Shown here in pieces: positions 23,245 to 35,830 of a DNA stretch of 64,000 bases (positions are counted from its first letter, which is position 1; each line of letters starts with the position of its first letter). The position numbers and the translations under genes were made by a program. This DNA is from Vicugna vicugna. Taxonomy: Eukaryota. The notes under the pieces are model-generated. The model did no database searches. It saw only the letters and a program-made list of their open reading frames with translations, and was not told where the DNA came from. The DNA lies in the NCBI GenBank assembly GCA_013265495.1, contig MU057711.1:496001-560000 (forward strand), written 5' to 3'.

Positions 23245-23625
23245 TACGGTTCTTTGACTCTAAGCAAGAGAAACTGGTTGCAAGTACCAGAAAACTTACT
23301 GGGTGAGGAGTGGCTGAGGACTCGGGCTTGGAGCAGGAAGGAAGTGTGGAGCAGTCTGTCCTGGGTCCTGCCGCTGGGATGAATGAACTCTGTGATTGAT
23401 TCTACTCTTGCTCCCCCGCTCAGGGGTGAATATCACAGGAGACAGACCCTGGTTGGCCAAGCTTCGGTCAGGAGCCACCAGGCAGTGGAGGAGAGAACCA
23501 GTAGAAGAAGGTTCTGGAGACTCGTACAGATCCATGGTGGAGGGCAGGTGCCTAGATTTCCCTTCCATGATTTAACTCCGTGGGGGAGAGGCAGTATCCC
23601 AAAAGGGGGCACCAGATGCTGGATT
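23245..23625 (-). mobile_element. Older MLT1-type LTR
   Basis: GGTTCTTTGACTCTAAGCAAGAGAAACT at the start; ATTGGCC-like and CCCAAAGG..GATGCTGG near the end. Confidence 0.45.
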
Positions 23626-23734
23626 AACGACAATAATGAATATCCTTCCCAGCTGGTTTCCTCTCTAACGCCTCCTCCTGATGTTACGTGCTGTATCCAC
23701 AAACAGGTATGAATCTGGGGTCCGGTCCAAGGAG

Positions 23735-23910
23735 GACGGACTTTGGAGCCAGACATAGACAATCACTCCATCTTTCCTAGACTCAGACTCAGTTTCCTGA
23801 TCTGTAAAATGGAGGTAAACTGTGCCTAAGTTTCACGGTACTTGTGAGGATTAGAGATAACCTAGATAAAGTGCTTTGCATAGTCTCTGGCCACCCGTAG
23901 ACCTTCATAA
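23735..23910 (+). mobile_element. MIR SINE
   Basis: GGACTTTGGAGCCAGAC..CTCAGTTTCCTGATCTGTAAAATGG..TGTGAGGATTAGAGATAA. Confidence 0.75.
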
Positions 23911-24334
23911 GTGGAGCCGTTGCATCATTCTTCATGATGGAGCAGTAATGGATCTGCTCCTCTCCTTCCCACCACCGTGAGGCCTCCATCCTTCCTCCAC
24001 GATTGGCAATGATTTCACCAATCTAAATTGTTGCCATCTAAATTTTTGTGTGAGCTGGGTGTGAACTGTGGGACCTCAGGACAGCTTAGAAAGGGAGCTT
24101 GGCAGACAGAGACATGCCCACCCCGGGACAGCAGTAATTGTCTGCACACACAGTTTTGGAAGGAGGCGCTCGAGCTTCACACCCGCGTGACACCACGTTT
24201 GCTCACAGACGCTCCCACAGCTGCTGCTCCTTCCCGGGAAGCCAGGCCCGCTGTGTGCTATTTAACGCCACGCGGCCACACACTTACATCCCTCTTCTTT
24301 CATTCCTGGGCTTTTCTGTTCTTTAAACAGACCT

Positions 24335-24357
24335 TTCTTCTTCTTCTTCTTCTTCTT
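24335..24357 (+). repeat. (CTT)n microsatellite
   Basis: About 7 TTC/CTT units. Confidence 0.9.
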
Positions 24358-25099
24358 TTTTCCCCTGTCCCTCTAAGAGTAATGGATGAGTTCATGACTT
24401 CTGTTACCTCAGAATTGCCTGGCTGTGAGATTGTATTCAGAATCCTTTAAATGGTTCTTTAATGTTAGGAGCAAAATGAAGCTTTTCCCCAGTCTTTGTA
24501 ACAGGCTTGAAGGGACAAAGTGGTCCTGTCACAGGCCGCCGTGATGCGCTCAGAGCTCTGCCGCGGCCCATCTTGTAACAGATGGACTCTCCATTAGGTG
24601 TCCACGTGGTGTCCACCTGGGGTTTCACTAGCTTTGGTTGAGACAGAGATTTGATGTCAGCTGCAGATAATTCCTCCCTTTCTTGTCTTGACCCTTAAAT
24701 CAAAGATGATCAACAAATTCAAATTCTTCTGTCTTTTTCTCTTCTGCTGGATTAGAATGCTAGAAATAGCCTGGATGAAACCCCATCTCTTTCAAACAGC
24801 TTGGCTTGGACTCAGATACCAAGACCAAGGTTATCAGTGTTTGGTGTGGAGTGCAACATGGGGTTTCTGGCATTCGTCTCCATGGAAATCACGGATGACA
24901 GCAGATTCCACTTCTATTGCTCTTGGCATCGCTCCACCGCAAGGCTCAGGTGAAGGCCCCGGCGACCTCCCTGTGAAACCATCCTTCCAATGCTCCTTAT
25001 CCTGATTTTTTCACGACTCTGACCACTGTGTCTGTCTGTTGAGAGATTTCTCTTGGCCATTATGTATTTGAAGAAGCCCAGGCTTAGTCCAAATTCTTT

Positions 25100-26035
25100 T
25101 CTGTTCTTATTCTTTAATCTCTTCTTATGAATTTCATCTGTACCCATGTCATCAATTATCTTCTGTGTGCGTGACTCTATCCTCTGAACCTAACACCCAT
25201 ACACCCAACTGCTTTCCGGACATCTCCACGTGAATGTGTCAAAGGCTCTTCAAAGTCAGCCTGTTGAAATCTGGACTCAATATTTCCCCTTAGAAACCTG
25301 TCTTCTGGGATTTCCATCTCCATGCCTGGTAGCCCCACTACCAACCTTCAAATAAAAAACCCAGGGGTCTTCTTTGCCATGTCCTCTCCCACCCTCTCCT
25401 GCTCACTCTGCCGTTAACCACAGCAATTCTGTCACTCGAATATCTCACACTGGGCTACCCATTTGCACCCCACCACCAGCACCCTGGCCCACATCATCTT
25501 TCTGGCTGAGATTACTGGTCTGTTTTGTGCATGGCCCCAGTCTGTTTCCCGTGTTGTAAGCTTTCCCAAACATAGATCATCTTATGTTACCCTCTGCCTA
25601 AAAAATCCTCAGGGTTTTCCAGTTGATTTTAAGAAAAGAACCCAAATCCTTAATATGTCCACCAGGCCATTCTTGTCTCTGCCTGTGCCTGTCCGTGTGA
25701 CTGTCCCTGGTAAGGCTTTCTCACATGCTGTTGGCTCTACATTCTGCACCCCTTCCCTATATTTTAGATATTTACTCTGGTTCAGATTTCCTGCTCAGTT
25801 ACTACTCCCTCAAGGAAGGCTTTCCCTCACCTCCCAGACAGGTCAAGTCCCTCCTGTGCGTGTCCTCAGAGTACCCCATGCTCCCGATCAGAGCACTTAT
25901 TATAACTGTCTGCAGGCTTGTCTAGTCCAGGAGGGCCAGGGCTGTATCTCTTTGCTCATCGTTATGTTGCACACCTAGTACAGTGACCACGCACATAGTA
26001 GGTGCTCACTAGATATTTTTCAATGAATAAGTAAC
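25100..26035 (+). mobile_element. L2 (L2a-like) 3' portion
   Basis: GACATCTCCAC..GGAAGGCTTTCCCTCACC..CACATAGTAGGTGCTCACTAGATATTTTTCAATGAAT terminus. Confidence 0.8.
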
Positions 26036-26384
26036 TAATGCAGTTCAGATGAAGCTCATGCTGTTCAAGAACGAGACCAGATAAGCCTCCCTGGGACCTC
26101 AAATTCTGGATGGAAGTAGAGAGGAAAGGGGACAATTTATTCAGAAAGTCTGGCTAGGGGCTGGGGGACACTGTGGCCTCTGCTTTTCATCACGAAGGCC
26201 TTTGTGGCATCCCCAGTGTCAGTCTGTGCCCCATGGGATTTCTTCAGTCGTGCGGGCTGGGTTTGTGACGGGAGGGAATGCTGTACCAGAGCAGGGTTCT
26301 GCCTGTGCCCGCCCCTGTGCTCATGGAATTGGAGGCGCTAAGTCTAGCAGGAGGGCAGGGACAAACCAACATGAAACACAAGTA

Positions 26385-26545
26385 TTGAAGCACAAGGCGA
26401 GAGAAGCAGGTTCAAGTCAGCTCTTCCAGTTCCCAGATGTGGGGCCTCTAGCATGTTTTTTGACCTGCCTGAGCCCAGGTGTCTTCATCTGTAAAGTGAG
26501 GATCACAAAATCAGTTGGGTTTGAAGATCCAGTGAGCTAATACGG
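26385..26545 (+). mobile_element. MIR SINE
   Basis: GGTTCAAGTCAGCTCT..CTGAGCC..TCATCTGTAAAGTGAGGAT. Confidence 0.65.
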
Positions 26546-26977
26546 GTGGGGAGCAAAGGTTCACTGTAGCTGCAAGCACTGACTGGAACTGTGTGGGTTC
26601 TGAGGGGAGAGAAAGGAGGGAGTGGGGGGCCTGGAGTCACAGAGGAAGGGAACTGGGCTGGGCCCTGGAATATGAGGGGGCGGTTAGGACAGGGAAGAAG
26701 AGGGACGAGTGGAGGAGGAGAGAGGTGGGGTTCCGTGAGAGAAGGAACAGAGGCAGGAAGGGGGTTTGCTTTGGGTAGGGGAGGGGTAACATGGAATAAC
26801 CTTGGGAACCGTGAACAGACCCACCGAGGCTTAGATTCATGCCGTGGTGAGCCTGGGGAGGTCTGTTAGCAGAGAAGGAACCGAATGTTTATTACGGCAT
26901 ATCCCTTCATTAAAAATCAAAAAATAAGTAAAACTTACCATGTGGAGTTTGACCTTGGGTTTGTTAGGTATTTTTAT

Positions 26978-27553
26978 TTTATTTTATATATTTAAAATTT
27001 TTTTATTTTCATTGAAGTATAGTCAGTTTACAATGTTGCGTCAATTTCTGGTGCACAGCAGAATGTTTCAGTCATACATATTCATATATTCATCTTTATA
27101 TTCTTTTTCACCATAAATTACTACAAGATATTGAATATAGTTCCCTATGCTATACAGTATAAACTAATTTATCCCTCCTCTTTCCCCTGGTAACCATAAG
27201 TTTGTTTTCTATGTCTGTGAGTCTGTTTCTATTTTGTAAATAAGTTCATTTGTGCTTTTTTTTTAGAGTCCACATATGGGCCATATCATATGATATTTTT
27301 CTTTCTGTTTCTGGCTTACTTCACTTAGAATGACAGTCTCCAGGTCCATCCATGTTGCTGCAAATGACATTATTTTATTCTTTTTTTATGCCCGAGTAGT
27401 ATTCCATTGTATAAATATATCACAACATCTTTATCCAATCTTCTGTCAATGGACATTTAAGTTGTTTCCATGTCTTGGCTATTGTAAATAGTGCTGCTAT
27501 GAACATTGGGGTGCAGGTGTCTTTTCAAATTAGAGTTCCCTCTGGATATATGC
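26978..27553 (-). mobile_element. 5'-truncated L1 (ORF2 end plus 3'UTR)
   Basis: Same 3'UTR family as the other camelid L1s here. 16-bp TSD TGYTRGGTATTTTTAT at 26962-26977 and 27554-27569. Confidence 0.9.
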
Positions 27554-27689
27554 TGCTGGGTATTTTTATAATGCAAACAGGATTGTAAGTTGCTTGGGCT
27601 CTGTGCTAAGTATTTCAGCTCTGAATTTTAGAAGTAAAAGAAAAGAAAGCACACAGGCGTTGGTGTCAAGCTATGTCATGATGACATGA

Positions 27690-28275
27690 TATCATTAACA
27701 TCTCTCAACCTCAGTTTTCACACCTTCAAAATGGAATTAAAATGCCACCCAGCAATGATAAATAGCTTCTTTATGCTGGGCACTGAAGTGGGTTAAGTAA
27801 TTAAGAGACACATGGATTGAACAGTGTGCTATGTGCGTTAGGTGAATCTGATTCTCACGACAACCCATTGAAGTAAGATTATTATCATCCCCATCCTCCC
27901 TGTGAGGCACAGAGAAGCAGGCAGGCTCCAGAGCTCAGTCTTAACCCAGGAGCTGGACTGTCCTAACGACCACCTCACAGGGCTGCACCAGGGACATGTT
28001 GGATAGTGTATGGAAGACATCTTGCCCACTGCCTGGTTTGTAGTAAGCACTCACCACACTTTAGCTCTCTCAGATTTGATTATATTTAACTCAGTAATTT
28101 ATCACATACTGTTCCTTATTTGTTTCAAGTGTTTCTCTTTTCCTCCAATAATGATGGTAATAAATTGCTTAAGGACATTATAGCCTGTGTTTCTTTTGTA
28201 GCTTCCACAGGGCACCTAGAGGTTCTCAACAGAAATTTCTTAAAATGAACTGAATAAATGCTTACTGGTTGAATA
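27690..28275. mobile_element. Cluster of MIR and L2 fragments
   Basis: CCTCAGTTTTCACACCTTCAAAATGG; ATTCTCACGACAACCC..ATTATCATCCCCAT; CACCTAGAGGTTCTCAACAGAAATTTCTTAAAATGAACTGAAT. Confidence 0.5.
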
Positions 28276-29009
28276 AATGAGACTTCAATAAAAAAAAAAC
28301 AAATGTAGAATATGACTGATTGGCTTTTATGGCCTCTTATTTCTTTCACCCCACCAGATTCTAAAGGACAACTTGAGGAGGGTTATAAAAATATGAAATT
28401 CAACAGGATAAAAGAAAAAAATGAGAAAATTGGAATGAGGGGAAATAAAATTAAACCAGGGTTGTTTATTTCTTCATCATTTCTTGACAGATATTTGCCA
28501 GTGAAATACCCAAGATGAAACTCAGAAAATTTTCCAGGAACTGCAACTTACTCCTGTAGAATGTTTCCTGGACTCTTGAGGAGACACAGCCCGAATCTCA
28601 AAGGGAAAAGGAGGTGTAGTTTGAAAAGTGAGGGAATCTAGGACTCTCTCTGATCTGGTTCCTAGGAAAATACCAGGTTTTCCTTGAGACCAATGTCCTC
28701 GAACCTCTCGATATAAAGAGGTAGTGTTCTCAAAGGTAGGGAGAATCGTTTCCTCTGGCTTGCTTATACCAGCCCATCAAACCTCCCTCCGTTCTGTTTC
28801 TACCTGATCTCCAAGATCTATCTCTCTGGATGTCTTGGAAGAAACTTAGTAATCACCCCTCTTCTCCCCTGGACTTAGAATCAATTAAGAACAGACACAG
28901 TAGAGTCTGAGGAAACCAAGGATTGTAGAATAAGGTTAAAAATGTTGCCTCTGAGGCTACAGATCCTTCTCATCTCACTTGGTTTTTTCCTGCAGAAATT
29001 TCTCCCACT

Positions 29010-29336
29010 CAGTGTTTCTCAGTCATGACTGCACATTAGAATCACCTGGTAGCTTTAAAAAATTACCAATGCCTGCACACCATCTGTGGAGCATCTGATT
29101 TAATTGATCTGGGAGGGGCCAGGCATCATTATCTTTTCAGCTCCTAAGATGATTCTAATGTGCAGCTTAGTGTTGAGACCTGTTTAGCGCACAGCAGATT
29201 CCCCCACAGGGCTTGTTACAGCACAGATTGCTGGACCCCACCCCAGAGCTGCTGATCCAGAAGGTGGGTCAGAAACAAACTTGTAATTGATGCTGATCGT
29301 GTTGGCGCTGGGACCACACTTTGAGAACCACTGCTC
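29010..29336. mobile_element. Two adjacent MER5-type hAT-Charlie MITEs
   Basis: CAGTGTTTCTCA..CACATTAGAATCACCTGG..GATGATTCTAATGTGCAGC, then GGACCACACTTTGAGAACCACTG. Confidence 0.8.
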
Positions 29337-29524
29337 TAAACCAACAATTTAGCCAGAGGACCTCAATGCTCACAAAAATTCTGTTATAATATCAATGTTT
29401 CTTTATTGTTATGGAGGTAATTTTTATGCATTTTTATTTTTGATTTGTTGAACAAGTCATAGGAGGAAAAGAAAAATGGGACCAGAACCACAAAATCGCA
29501 CAACCTTCATGCACATACATGTAT

Positions 29525-29680
29525 CAGCATTCATTGCTTGCTTGCTATGTCTCAGGCACCAGCTAAAACTTGAAGGGCATTCTTCCTCCCATCTTCATGA
29601 CAACTTTATGAAGTAGCTACTTTACTACCCCATTTTACAGATGGAAAGTTTGTAACACAACAAGATTAGAATGGATATTT
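29525..29680 (-). mobile_element. MIR SINE
   Basis: CTATGTCTCAGGCAC..CCCCATTTTACAGATGG. Confidence 0.7.
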
Positions 29681-31734
29681 TACATACTTGTAACCAGAGC
29701 ATCAAGTCAGCTTCTTAGGGCACTGGCATATTTTCCACCCTCTCCCACTACATTCACATATCATAGTTTTTTTTTTTTCTCATTGGACATTTAGATAGTT
29801 TCCATTTTTCACAATTACAGCTAACATAACAGTGATCAATTTCATTTCGTGCTTGTCTTAAATTATGTTCTTAGGATAGAGCCTCAGTCAGTCAAATGGT
29901 AAAATCATCTAACAATGTATTAGAAAACATTTTTTTCAATATTTTTCAATTTTTTTTCAAACAAAATCATTCTCTGACTGGGCTTAGTCATTTCAAATAC
30001 TGGTACTGTAGGAAGATATTTCAGAAGGCATTCCATATAATTGAGCCTCATCCCCTAATCACTCCAGTGAGTGCCACCTCCCAAGCAGGCAAGCATTTTC
30101 AGAAAATGTCCAGATTTGTGATGGCAAAATGATGCTTCTGCCCTCTTCTATTATGATCACCCCAAGACAATGAGAAAATGTGAACTAGAAACGCAACTTT
30201 ATCACGAACGACAGCATGTGACCTCTGGAACTCAGAACCCCCATTGCATAAGCAGAACGTGTAGGAGGAAGGTCAAAGCTGGTGCCTGAAGGAAGGCTCA
30301 GGACTCCGAGGCACCAGCTACCACTGAAGGGGAGCAAAGGCAGCAGCTGAGGACAAGGGAGTTGAGTGCAGGTCTGTGGAAGGGGTAGGGAGAGCCTCCA
30401 GACCCCCACTCCTACTGCCAAGAAGCAGGCGGTAATACGCCCCAGAAACTGAATAGACAGCCTCCCGCTACAGGGACACCAGGCACAGAGGAGGGAAGGT
30501 GTGCCAGGCCAGACCCAGTGGACCGAGGGCAGGACTGTATCTTGAACAGGGAGAACCCCCAGCCCTGTGGCCAGGTGAGATCATGTCACTGGGGTTCCCG
30601 CACTGACTTGGCAGTGAGCCAGTATCTTTGTGATTTTAATGTCAAAAATGCTTCCTAGGGATTTATTCAAAAGTTGTGATAAACTTGTATTGGAAGGTAG
30701 AGTTGAAGAGAGGTAGGGTGTGAGAGAGCCTTATTTAATGGGAATTGTATTCAATTCCTATTGAATTGTACTCAATATGGAAATATTTGGAAATACGGAG
30801 GTAAATAAAGGATATACAGTTAAAATTGTTAAAATTGGTTGCCTCTAGGAACGGGGGTGAGGGAGGGGGTGTTTTACGTGTGGGGACTGCTGTTTTCTCT
30901 TATAAGCTTTTAAGGACTAATTGACTTTTTAATGATGTGAGTGTATTTCTTTGATAAATTGAAGAAAAAGGGAAAACTGGCTTGGGCACTTACTTGTCTA
31001 CTGCTTAATTTATGTACCTTATGAGTTGGAGTTCCGTAAATGGATTTTGTTCAAGCCGACCATTCATGGAGATTGCAGGTCATAAATAAGAATCAATGAT
31101 ATTGGGGAGATAATTAATTGGTCCATAGCCAGAGAGAATACCGATTCCTAAGAGAGGAGTCTGGGCTCCAGCTTGAGGAGTTAAAATCTCTACTTAATTC
31201 TGGCCAAATTTCTCAGAGAGACCGCGTACTACTCCACCCTTTGCGATTCAGTCTAGCCAGTGATGCACCCATACTGTTGGTGAGAGTCTAACTAAGCATC
31301 ATTCCAACCAGGAAAGTTCTCTGCTCTCTCGCTCTCTGTTGCCATAGAAACAGTGCAGCTCAAGCCTCTCTGTTGCTTTGGTAACCCACCCCCATTTCCT
31401 CCCATCACTACCGCTGGGGTATTTTGCTGGCAAGATAATGGTCTTTATTGTGGAATGAATGTTAATGGGGCAGCACGCTACCCCAGCCTAGACCCAGCCC
31501 TCCCCTCCCCCCAGCTCCACATTTTAAAGCCTCGTCTAAGTGTCATTTCAATGAGGTGATAATAGACACTCAAATCAGATGGAGAGGAGCTGTAGTGGTT
31601 GCGGTGGTGGGTGTTCCTTGTTATGGTGAAACAGGGTTCAGCTCCTGATGTTGAAAAGGGAGGAATGGTATCTAGGAGGCACCGGTTAGAGGGCTCAGAA
31701 GGGGGTCAGGCCCTGAGGCTGGTCCTCTCAATCA

Positions 31735-31910
31735 ATAGAGGATAATGATCATAAATAAAGCTTTCTAGGTGATGAATATATGCCAGGCACTGAGTTAAGT
31801 ACCTCATGCACTCTGAATCCCTATTTTACAGAAGGAAAAACTAAGCAACTCAGTATCACACAGACTCAGCATTCAAACTCAAATCTTAATCCCTGCACTA
31901 AGCTGCCTCT
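31735..31910 (-). mobile_element. MIR SINE
   Basis: TATGCCAGGCACTGAG..CCCTATTTTACAGAAGGAAAAACTAAG..ATTCAAACTCA. Confidence 0.65.
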
Positions 31911-32919
31911 GGAGACCGGGGGAAACAAGAGAAGCACCAGAGAGTTGTTCTTGCACTGAAAGAGCTTACTCTTCAACTGGAAAGAGAAATTTAACTCAAA
32001 GGGGAAAGCATGAGAAAGTAATACTGTTCGGGGTGTGATTAAGTGTAAAGTTCAGGTGCCATCTTCACCAAGAGGACAGAGGAGACACAGAAGTCATAAC
32101 AGATTTTCTGCAGGGAAAGAGAAAAGAGAGGATCGTGCAGATCCAGGAGACAAATCTTTTATGACAAGACTCCGGGTCAATCAAAGGCTCCTGCCCAGAG
32201 CAGGCGTTTAACCCGAGTCACCTCCCGGTGATAGTGAGGGAAGCCTTTCCGTTGTTCAGCAAAGGAAACCTCTCACTCTTCCTCCCTGTGTCCTCGAGCC
32301 TTATGAGATGCAAACTTACTTAATATCGTCTGACTCTTTTACTTTAAAATACAAAAAATAGTGGAGTTTCATATAAAATTGCTTTAAATTTTATGGCTCT
32401 CAATTTCACAATCCAATAATTCTATTTGCTTTCCGAGTAAATTTTTTTAGTCACCTCAAGTCCTCATGGCATTAAGTGGGGTATAAATCTTCAGAAATAG
32501 AATTTTTATGGTATCTTGGATTTTCTTTTATCAGAATGATAACTCTTAGACATGTCCTTGTGTATCCTCTAATTTGCCCACACTCTCCTCCTTTTAACAC
32601 TCCAAGGCATGACAGTCACAGACAGCAGGCTGGAGGGACCATGTGGAGTTATAATGGAGACATTGGATTCTCCAAGGGGAGCTCAAGGGTGTAGCATCCT
32701 GACAGCCCCATCTGTGGGGTTTTCTTAAGCCCAAAGCAGTGGTTCTCAATTCTGAGCTCTCTCCAGTAATCACAAAGGATGCAAAAGATGTTCAACTGTC
32801 AAAGTCAAATGAATATAAACTTGCTTTTACTTTCTATAACATATGCGTATATTGTTCAGAAATCTTAGAAGGAACTGAAGGCAAAGTTTAATTTGAGTGT
32901 AGCATCAATTGTTGGTTAA

Positions 32920-33165
32920 GATGGTGACCTGTGAGACTTAGATTTGAATCCAGCTCAACTTCTGTCTCTTTCTCTTTCTCCCTTTCCCAACAGCTCTCCT
33001 CTCTCCTAATAGCTATGTGACCTTGAGCAAGTCATGTCAAGTCTTAGTTTCCTTATCTGCAAAATGGGAAAATAATGGTAAGTTGTTTTTGTGAAGATTA
33101 AATGATGCAATGCATGTAACGGATTTGTAGTGGTACCTGGTGCATAATACTTAGCAGACATTAAT
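32920..33165 (+). mobile_element. MIR SINE
   Basis: TTTGAATCCAGCTC..AGCTATGTGACCTTGAGCAAGTCA..GTTTCCTTATCTGCAAAATGGG..GAAGATTAAATGA. Confidence 0.8.
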
Positions 33166-34850
33166 AGTTTTTACTCTAGAAAGAAAATGACCACCAGGTG
33201 TTTAAGATCTTCAGGAGAACTTCTCTCCCTGATGGCTTGGCTTCTTTCTGTCGGTGTAACCTGTTTCAGCGTGGGAATTTTTGAATGTGGTACCTCCCGA
33301 CTATTCCTGCTGTTTCTCTTGTAGGCTCCTGCATGGATTTGATAACTCAGACTCTGATGTCTCAGGCTTCTGACCTTGCTGGGTCCTCACATCCACTCAC
33401 CTCAACTTTCTACATCCTGATTTCTGCGGTTCTGCTTCTGGAATCAGGATTACATCCTGAATCTTTGTTGCTCCCTTTGCTCAGCAATAAACTTCCACTG
33501 TTCTTGATGGTGAACTCTATAACTGACACAATCATGGAAGGGATTTGGGTCCTTGTAGGATGAAGTCAGATGTCTTGGCATCAGGTGAATTAATAAATAA
33601 TGCCCCGGAATGCAGAGGAAAATTTATTAACCAACTACTTGAATCTGGTGTCAGTGCCTAGAATTTAGGAAGTGTCTAGCAAGAGTGTACAGCTAGTCTG
33701 GATTAGCTTTGTCTGAACAGCAGCCTCCTCATCTATGGAAGGTCTATCATTAATAGAACATTCAGCCTGGTGCCATCAGGAAAGAAGGGGGACCCTCAGA
33801 GCCACTAGAACAACTGGATAGATTTTGGTGATTCGTGGAATGATGGTGGTAGTGACTCAATATGCTCACATCCCCGGTGGTCTATGGCTTGCAAAAGTAG
33901 AAGAAGTTTACATATTGCCTCCCATAAGCTGTTGAAATTGTTGTGGATAGGTAAACAGAGTCAGGTGCTTACCTAGAGAATATGAATACAATATATGTGT
34001 ATGTGTATGTGTAACAAACTCTGAAGGCCACATTCAATGTGATCATTTATGTTTGGGGTATGAGAGCCGTCAAAGTACAGTGGAAAGAGCATGTCAACTG
34101 GGAGAGGTCCATCCAGTTGCAGCTCCATTCTCACTTCACTGTGTGAACTTTTCCTTCTCTGTGATGTATAGATCTCCTGTATCTGGTTAAAAACAGAGAA
34201 TGAATGTGACATTGATTTGGAAACACATAATTGCCATAGAGTACAGTAATATTGTGAGTCTGTGTTTTGAGTTTCAATATATCTAGCTGCTCTTTTTACA
34301 TAAGAATTTACAATTTTATTAAAGGAAATTTTCCTGAGTCCCTACATGATGCAGAATGGTGCCATGTGGTGCCAGGCAGGTGTGACTGGTGGGCCGTGGT
34401 GCAATAGGCTCTTCCCAGTGTGTGTGGTGGAGGGGGAAGGGTCTCACATGGACACTGAGACTGCCTTGCAGGCTCACGGCCTGCAGGCTTCCCTCAAGAG
34501 TTTCTCCATGCAAGAGCCAGAATGACTCAGTTTTCTCTTAAATACAGTATCTGATACATTATATGTATATTATGTATATACATATATACACATGCATATA
34601 TATGTGTATATATATGATAACACGTAACCAAATGAATATGCAAAACGAACTATCCACCTTAAGGACTGGGACTGGTGACTACCTGTGTGTCCCCTGCCCC
34701 ACCCTCTTTCCCCTTCCCAGAGGTCACCACCTTCCTGAATGTTGTATTTATCGTTCCCTTTAAAAAATATTCTTACATCCCATCTATACCCTCAAAGAAT
34801 GGATTGCTTAGTTTTGCTTGTTTTCGATTTTATCAAGATGGTATCGCACA

Positions 34851-34938
34851 TCGAATGTATATACATGCATGACTGGGACATTGTGCTGTGCACCAGAAAT
34901 TGACACATTGTAACTGATGATACCTGAATTGAAAAAAA
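34851..34938 (+). mobile_element. Very short L1 3' tail (~90 bp) inserted in an old L1 fragment (~34530-35020, minus)
   Basis: GCTGTGCACCAGAAATTGACACATTGTAACTG plus poly(A). Degenerate 16-bp TSD at 34835-34850 and 34939-34954. Confidence 0.75.
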
Positions 34939-35019
34939 AAGATAGTATCTCATAGTAGCTTTCTAAGATGCTCCAAGCTGTTGCATGGAGTTTTTGTTCT
35001 TTCATATTTTTACTTCTGT

Positions 35020-35830
35020 ATACCCAGTGTGATCTTTAAAAAAAACAAAAACCAAATCATACCACTCTCCACCGAGAATACTTCAGCGGCCTCCCACTGA
35101 ATTTAAGGGCAATCCCAGACTCCTTACCTCCTCCGCAAGGCTCTCCATGACTGAGTCACTGTCTTCAGGGGTTGCAGTCCTCGGTAGCCTCCTCTCTTCT
35201 AGGGATCTGCTTCCCTGTGCCAGTCCTGGCCTACTGCTGCCTGTGCATTTCGGAACATGCTGTCTCCTGCCGTCTCCTACCGTCTCCTGCTGCCTCGCTC
35301 CTGTTCCTACCTGACTTTGATTATTCAGAGGCCCCCTGCCACCTTTCCGGGCTCTGTTGCCCCCACCTTTACATGTGTTTTATGTTCCAGCATCACTGCC
35401 CTGTCTTTGCAGTTCCCACATGCCTATCTCAGAGCCTCTGCGCAGAATGTACCTTCCACCTAGAATGCTACTATTCCTTAGTCTTGATGTTGTTATCTCC
35501 TAAAACTGGGATGACCCTGCCTTCTTAGCCATCTCCCCTCTGCTGACTAGATCACGTGGCCCTCTTCAAATCCCTCATCCTGCCCTGTTCATTCTCTTCG
35601 TTGTATTTAACCAAGTGTGAAATTTAATTACACTCACTTATTCGTCTGATTATTTAGTGACTGTTCCTTTCCCTTTTGGAAATTCAGCGAGGACAAGCAC
35701 TGTCTTTCTTATTCACCACCGTATCCCTAGAAACTGGAACAGTACTGGCAAAAAGTAGATACTCAGAAAATATTTGTTGATTGGATACATGCTATTATCT
35801 TGAATGCATAAATGAAATAATGAATAAGCT
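35020..35830 (+). mobile_element. L2 3' portion, fragmented
   Basis: GATCTTTAAAAAA..AAATCAT..; ends GGCAAAAAGTAGATACTCAGAAAATATTTGTTGATTG. Confidence 0.65.
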
